Shown: positions 7,195 to 12,184 of the stretch, piece after piece
Layout: each line of letters begins with the position of its first letter
How positions within the stretch are numbered: the stretch's first letter is position 1
Source: Candidatus Poribacteria bacterium
GTDB lineage: Bacteria > Poribacteria > WGA-4E > UBA9662
Reading direction: 5' to 3'
NCBI GenBank assembly: GCA_046582655.1
Contig: JAYGDX010000229.1
Location: 1-12,184 of the forward strand
Length of the DNA: 12,184 nucleotides
Notes under the pieces: generated by a model
What the model was told of the DNA's origin: nothing
What the model saw: only the letters and a program-made list of their open reading frames with translations
Databases searched by the model: none
Made by a program: the position numbers and the translations under genes

Positions 7195-9177
7195 TCAGGG
7201 GAAGAAGAGATATCCCGGCTCGTCTGAGAACCATCCGACCACGCCCCAGAATCCACCCATGAAGAAATCGCCAAGGATGAGTCCCAAGAAAAGTGGCAAC
7301 AGCTTTCGATACGTGCGAATGCCGCCATGCTTGAAAGCCAGATATTTAATCAGGCAGCCAATGAGCATCGCAAACCAAACCCATCTCACGGTGCGCGTTG
7401 TGTGGGCTGAGGCATAGCCGATGGGATGGAACATCCACCACACAAAGTGACGGCGAATGAAAATCAGAAACATAGTGATCGCAAAGCCAACCGCCACAAA
7501 CTGTATGCCGAGCCAGTCGGGGTCTCTGGGCTGGCTTAACACACTCTGTAACCGTCGAAATGGAATGGTCGGCATCGAACGCAACCGCCAGTTATTGAGG
7601 ATGTTACCACCAAATTCGTGGATGGTACCCAACGCGGCAAAATAAGCGAGTAGCAGTCCAATAAATGTGCCTAGCAACAGACCCACCACCAGATGCTTAG
7701 GCGGGATTCGCACCGTTTCTGCAACCTTGAATCCCTCCAACTGAGCGGGCATCACGGACATGACACCCCGCATCTCCCCTGTCATGAAGTAGTAGTGCGA
7801 GAGCACCGTCAAGTTGGTCACACCGAGGTTGGCGGTTCCCACTGTCGCAAGCATGAAATCTTGAACCGAAAGCGGTCCGTGAATCCAACCCATTCCCGAC
7901 TGTACACGCATACGAGTGAGCGAGATGGTAAACAGGCAAAACAGAATAAAGAAAGTCGCCGCCGCAAGCACGGTCATTCCCGCTGTTGTAGACCACACAA
8001 TCAGAAACAGCATACTTCCAAGCCACCCGAATACTGCCGCCCGATAGGAGAGCGGTTCGCTCGAATCGTCCACATGCCTTGTATCGACAAACGCGGTGCG
8101 AACGACATCTCGCAGGTGCTGCCACGCAAACCCCAATCCAAGCACGGCGATGGCGAGAAACGCACCGGTGCCTTGCTCTTCAAGAAATGGGAATCGTGCT
8201 AAACTCGAACTTCCACTCCAACCCACCGCCGCACCGAGAATTGCCTCAGCCTTGGTAAAGGCATAGAAAAATCCGCCACTGAAGGCAACATCAAGCGTCA
8301 GAATGTAGGAAATCCCAATCACACATGGGTAGAAGGATACCGTCGTGTATCCCATTGCGCTCCACGGACGCTCCGAAAAATACCGGCTGATGTTGAAATT
8401 CCTGTACTGGATGGAGGGAACTGATGGGATATAAACATGCAAGCCGTTGAGTCCGTGTAGCACGACCGGAATCAAGAAACCTACCCACATCAGTCTATTC
8501 CGAAAGAACCGATTGAAATGCCAACTCGGTTCGGCATTCATCGTCATCTCTAGCGGCAGAGAGACCAACGGGAAGGTCAGCTTCTCACGGTCAGTCCACT
8601 GTCGACGGATAATCACGTTCATGCAGAGAAAAATGAAATAGACCGCGAGCAAAAAGGGTGTCCACAGTACCAGCGGCTTTATCCAAAACGCCCACGGCAC
8701 TCCCGCGCCTTCAGACCCTTCGTAGAATTGACGGATAACCTCGGTCTCCTTGGGACCGAACCAAGAAGGAATGGCATGATGAAAGAGTTCAGCATATTCA
8801 TTTTCGGGCGTGGCATAGTAGTAAGGGGCAATCAGCGTCGGCAGAAAGAAATGCACACCGCCGATTGAAACTACGGGACCTGTCACAATCAGGATGCTGT
8901 AGATTAACAGCATTTCGGACTGCGTCAACGCCCATGCCCCTCGAATCGCCTTGAGCACAGGATTAATAAACAGCGAGATGCAAATCACAGCGAAGAAACC
9001 CGCCACAGAGGGATGGATACTGTTGAAAGAAGGGCTATCTATGACCAGTTCACTGTGTTGCGTCCAAAACGCCATGATGACTGTGGCGAACATCGCCAAC
9101 AGAAAGGCGCGTACTGTTAGACCTGAGCATAGGGACTGTTGTTTCATTTTTGACTTTGTCACACTGTTTTGTCCCAT
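7195..9177 (-). CDS. DUF6785/DUF6784-type polytopic membrane protein (uncharacterised, putative transporter)
   Basis: 660 aa with many hydrophobic segments. Family-like motifs are GLT.RA, LT..E.L.IY, YYYATPEN, VPW..W..PL..W, I.RRQW...EKL.FPL..LP, R...F.WW..HPIGY and GG...YR...P.FLGLILGDF. The start may be ATG 9177 or 9147. Confidence 0.8.
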   Translation of the reverse strand: MGQNSVTKSKMKQQSLCSGLTVRAFLLAMFATVIMAFWTQHSELVIDSPSFNSIHPSVAGFFAVICISLFINPVLKAIRGAWALTQSEMLLIYSILIVTGPVVSIGGVHFFLPTLIAPYYYATPENEYAELFHHAIPSWFGPKETEVIRQFYEGSEGAGVPWAFWIKPLVLWTPFLLAVYFIFLCMNVIIRRQWTDREKLTFPLVSLPLEMTMNAEPSWHFNRFFRNRLMWVGFLIPVVLHGLNGLHVYIPSVPSIQYRNFNISRYFSERPWSAMGYTTVSFYPCVIGISYILTLDVAFSGGFFYAFTKAEAILGAAVGWSGSSSLARFPFLEEQGTGAFLAIAVLGLGFAWQHLRDVVRTAFVDTRHVDDSSEPLSYRAAVFGWLGSMLFLIVWSTTAGMTVLAAATFFILFCLFTISLTRMRVQSGMGWIHGPLSVQDFMLATVGTANLGVTNLTVLSHYYFMTGEMRGVMSVMPAQLEGFKVAETVRIPPKHLVVGLLLGTFIGLLLAYFAALGTIHEFGGNILNNWRLRSMPTIPFRRLQSVLSQPRDPDWLGIQFVAVGFAITMFLIFIRRHFVWWMFHPIGYASAHTTRTVRWVWFAMLIGCLIKYLAFKHGGIRTYRKLLPLFLGLILGDFFMGGFWGVVGWFSDEPGYLFFP

Positions 9178-9197
9178 GAGCGCGTAAAGGTGCTACT

Positions 9198-9510
9198 TCA
9201 TATTCTTAATTCGCCCCACGTCGTCGTTAAACGATCTCGTGGGTCAACAGCCAATCCCTTTTTCAGCTTCTCCTTCTGATAGTCATCGTCGGTGGGCTGA
9301 TAATCCAGATCGCTCGACCATACGAATACATCGTACTGATCAGTCAGATTACTGCCACGAGTCCAGATCATCATGACGTTTTCGCCATCTTGCAATTTAT
9401 TGATAGTCCCCATCGGCTCCGAAGTCGCCATCTCTGACCCACGCACAAGCCGGTGTATTATTCTCGAAGATGATATCGTTGGGACGAACGAAGGCGCCAG
9501 GATTCCCCGC
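9198..9510 (-). pseudogene. 3' remnant of a secreted protein with Poribacteria-type C-terminal motif; frameshifted
   Basis: Removing one base from the 4-nt run at 9408-9411 joins GNPGAFVRPNDIIFENNTPACAWVRDGDFGADG (ORF 9397-9795 frame) to TINKLQDGENVMMIWTRGSNLTDQYDVFVWSSDLDYQPTDDDYQKEKLKKGLAVDPRDRLTTTWGELRI* (ORF 9198-9587 frame). There is no start codon or signal peptide, and the 5' boundary is approximate. Confidence 0.7.
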
Positions 9511-9583
9511 AATCGACAGGAAAAGGCTTTGCCTTGCTTTGCGTGATTGTGACCAGTGGCCGCTGAAGCGGGAACGGCTGGGC

Positions 9584-11130
9584 TCAACCACCCGAATAAA
9601 CTGCCTGTTCCTTGCCTTGTAGAACATCGATTCCATCAATCGTGTGGATATGAACAGACCTGACTTTGTGGGCCTCGTGATCCCAATTGCTCCTTTCTTC
9701 CCGATGACCAATGCGACGCAGCCAGGCCCAGAGTTCCGGATTGATTTGCGCGAAGTCACCATCCCAATAGGCGAAAGATTCCACTCCCGCCTCATCAGCT
9801 ACCGACAACCACTTTGCCCTTATCTCTGGACCAAGCCTATGCATATATCCTCCATCGGCCAAGATGAACTCACCATGTGGCCAGGCCCAGATCGACAGTT
9901 CCAGCCGCTTGCCTTTCTTAGCTCCCACTTCATCCAGAACTCGGCGTACCTTGTGCATGAAGTCCGTCATAAAGCTAGCACGCACCTCGAGTAAGCGAAC
10001 ATCTTTAGGATCAACTTCGCATGCATCCCCACCATATTGGGCAGTAAATGCATCCAGTATAGGCTGTTCATAAGAAAGGAAATGGGGGCCACGAGTAAAA
10101 CAAAGATTAATACCATCAGCGTCAATCAACGTTGTTGCTTCCCGAATAAGATCAAGCATCAACTGCTGGACAACGGGGAAAGCATAACTGGCTTTCTCTA
10201 TTACAGTACCATCTCGAAGTACTTGACGGTACTCAGGATGCTGGGTCACAAAATCCTGGCTATCAATGCGACGCGGAATATTCCCTATGATGCCCATTCG
10301 GAACATCAGATCAAACTTGATGCCCTTTCCCATTGTATGAACATGGTCGGCCGCTAACTGTTGGGAATGATCCCGCGGGCAGCCAGTGCCCTGAGTGTAT
10401 CCAAGGTCTGCTTTTCCCCTTTGTGATAATTGGTATGATTCCTCTCACTATGGGCCTAATCAAGAATGGCCGGCCAAGCGTCTTCGGCACGAAAGCGCGC
10501 TCCCGCCACGGTAGTGGGATAATTTGTTTTGGCTCCGTAGCAAACCGCCCACAAAACTCTACCTACGTCGGAATGACGGTAGGGCTCGACAAGAGACAGG
10601 ATATCATCGGGATCGTTGAACTCACATAGATGAAAATAGCTGGCGCCATCGATACTAACTACCAGCTTTCGGGCGCTTGTGTCAGATCGGTCTTTTGTCA
10701 CCTGGACAACTTCTTCATCATTCATGGGAACCAGCTTCACATAGGCGAAAAACATTTGCTTGCCCAGAATGCCATTTGACTTGCTGATTATCAAGTTTCG
10801 ACCTGTCAGATCCGCATAATCAAAAAACACCTCCCGCAAGAAGGTGCTATTCTGTCGGTCAGCACTCTCCCTTTCATGAAATATGCGAAAAGCCGGTTGA
10901 TCACTTAACGTTACTTTGATAATAGGATCATCATTATACAGGTGTGAGGGATTCCAGTAGGCGATGTAAATCCTATGCCAACCTGAAACATCAAGCGGTA
11001 TAGTCAGATCGAGGGCATTTATGATGGATGATGCTCCGACCATTGTCCCCTTAAGTTTTTCTGTTTGATACGTTATAAGCTGCCACATACCTTGTTCCAT
11101 CCTGTCAGACAGGGCTGTCTTCGGCTGGCA
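9584..11130 (-). pseudogene. Disrupted glycoside hydrolase-like (GHL10/DUF187-like TIM barrel) gene
   Basis: One reading path: CQPKTALSDR-MEQGMWQLITY...AILD, then TAG (10456-10458), then AHSERNHTNYHKGEKQTLDTLRALAARGIIP, then a 1-nt loss at 10363-10365, then QQLAADHVHTMGKGIKFDLMFR...FVTQHPEY...SYAFP.V...DADGINLCFTRGP...MTDFMHKVR. These are GHL10-like barrel motifs. The 5' end is lost. Confidence 0.8.
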
Positions 11131-11827
11131 AGTGGCCGAAATTGGAGGTGCTGATAGCGAACAAGGACCTTATGGAGGAGGTACAGTTAAATTCATAGGG
11201 GATGATGGGTTTACTATCACCGCCAAAGGTGGAGATATTTGGGGTAACAAACTTGGTTGTACACTGGCTTATATCAAAGGCGTAGTCGGTGATTTCACTG
11301 TCCAGTATACTATCGAAGAACATACCGGTGATCCACCCACAACCTGGACCAAGGTTGGCGTGATGGTGGCACAGGATACCAAAGCAGATACGCCTTACGT
11401 TTTTCTGGCCTCGATGCCAAGCAATGATAAAGTTGCTCTTAATGACAAGGGAACCAAGCTGGTCACTCGTGCCGAAAGGGGAGGAGGAGCAGGCCCTGGA
11501 AGTAATGGCTGGACGCCACTGAAATGGCCGGTGACCTATAAATTGGTTCGTAAAGGAGATCTATTCACCTGCTCACTTTCATTTGACGGTGGAACCGCTT
11601 GGCAGTCCATTGCAAAGGGTGACAAAAAAGATAATACAACCGTTGCCTTTAAGGGAGCGGTGGTTGTTGGAATCGCTATCAATGGGCACAATGCAGGTAA
11701 AACAACCGGAACTGCCCGCGTGACCAACATTACAATTCGAGGTGATGGCGTACCTGGAGGTTCCACCGCTGTTGAAGTGCATGGCAAGTTGGCTACAAGG
11801 TGGGGAGATCTTAAAACCAAACGTTGA
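11126..11827 (+). pseudogene. 5'-truncated ConA-like lectin (DUF1349-like) secreted protein with Poribacteria-type C-terminal motif
   Basis: GGDIWG...AY...VGDFT...W.KVGVM and LVRKGDLFT...S.DG..WQ motifs of beta-sandwich domains; ends AVEVHGKLATRWGDLKTKR. No signal peptide, RBS or promoter space before GTG 11132, and the 5' end abuts the opposite-strand GH remnant. It could still be translated from GTG 11132. Confidence 0.65.
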
Positions 11828-11937
11828 CTCTCTCAATTTTCATGTACTAAAAAATCGGATGATCGTGTTGTACATAAGTTTTAACTTAAATACAGAAAAA
11901 TAATACCGTCACGGATCAGTTTCCTACGTGTTTTTTA

Positions 11938-11966
11938 TTGCAAGCACACAAGATATAATATATAAT
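11938..11966 (+). promoter_or_regulatory. Sigma70-type promoter
   Basis: TTGCAA (11938-11943), a 17-nt spacer and TATAAT (11961-11966), preceded by a T-rich UP-like tract; predicted start of transcription near 11973. Confidence 0.8.
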
Positions 11967-11993
11967 ACCCCGTACTGATGTGCCAACCATGTT

Positions 11994-12090
11994 ATGATTT
12001 CCGTCGACTTCTAATTACACAGAATCCTTGGGAATTAACGGAAATCGTTAAGTGAGGATATCGGATCACGTTCAAGTCTGATAAGGATTC
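11994..12090 (+). other. Structured 5' leader / candidate cis-regulatory element
   Basis: Complementary segments GAATCCT/AGGATTC (12022-12028/12084-12090), TTAACG/CGTTAA (12035-12040/12046-12051), TATCGGA/TCTGATA (12059-12065/12077-12083) and an alternative GATTTCCGT/ACGGAAATC (11996-12004/12038-12046). Confidence 0.4.
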
Positions 12091-12127
12091 CAGCTGATTT
12101 CAAACAGAAATAATGGAGGTGACAAGA

Positions 12128-12184
12128 ATGACACGATTAACAATAATCTTTATAAGTTTAACTGCCATTGTTTTCATTTTAGCA
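12128..12184 (+). CDS. Start of a secreted protein (signal peptide), runs off the right edge
   Basis: GGAGGT RBS at 12115-12120, then ATG 12128: MTRLTIIFISLTAIVFILA, a basic n-region plus hydrophobic h-region. Confidence 0.8.
   Translation, partial: MTRLTIIFISLTAIVFILA

Noticed and set aside
9408..9411. Programmed frameshifting or phase variation at 9408-9411, 10363-10365 or 6973
   Set aside because: The runs are only 3-4 nt, there is no slippery heptamer or stimulatory structure, and the genes are also 5'-truncated.
10456..10458. In-frame TAG here and at 2321-2323, suggesting amber recoding or pyrrolysine
   Set aside because: The FG-GAP gene ends at a natural C-terminus with TAG (2457-2459). 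Both TAG-containing genes carry other lesions (frameshift, truncation), so nonsense mutation is the simpler explanation.
12030..12051. Cobalamin riboswitch (GGGAA followed by a GAAA-loop hairpin)
   Set aside because: The other conserved elements (CCCGC..CUGU, GCCACUG, B12 box) are absent.
1..12184. CRISPR array, tRNA, rRNA, transposase or prophage structural genes
   Set aside because: No regularly spaced direct repeats, cloverleaf or T-loop signatures, rRNA-like sequence, or DDE/HUH/integrase motifs were seen by eye.

Overview
Bacterial accessory region, most likely from Candidatus Poribacteria or a close relative. That assignment is inferred from two proteins ending in the AV(D/E)xx(G/D)(K/R)LxTxWGxL(K/R) C-terminal motif and from a DUF6785/DUF6784-type polytopic membrane protein. 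Apparently intact genes are a stand-alone NFACT-R (DUF814) RNA-binding protein, a small HExxH membrane-associated metallopeptidase-like protein, a large secreted FG-GAP beta-propeller protein, a GC-richer enolase-superfamily (mandelate racemase-like) enzyme and the 660-aa membrane protein. Between them lies a dense set of decayed gene fragments: a GH128-like N-terminus that switches to unrelated sequence, a WD40-type C-terminal stub with a nonsense codon, a truncated and frameshifted SpoIIE/PP2C domain, a frameshifted secreted-protein tail, a GHL10-like TIM-barrel gene with a nonsense codon and a frameshift, and a ConA-like gene fused head-to-head to it by an apparent deletion. Non-coding signals include a LacI-type palindrome that partly recurs upstream of two secreted-protein genes, an SOS-box-like palindrome, and a near-consensus sigma70 promoter followed by a ~155-nt leader with mutually exclusive helices. 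No rRNA, tRNA, CRISPR array or transposase was recognised. All family assignments come from motif recognition, not database searches.
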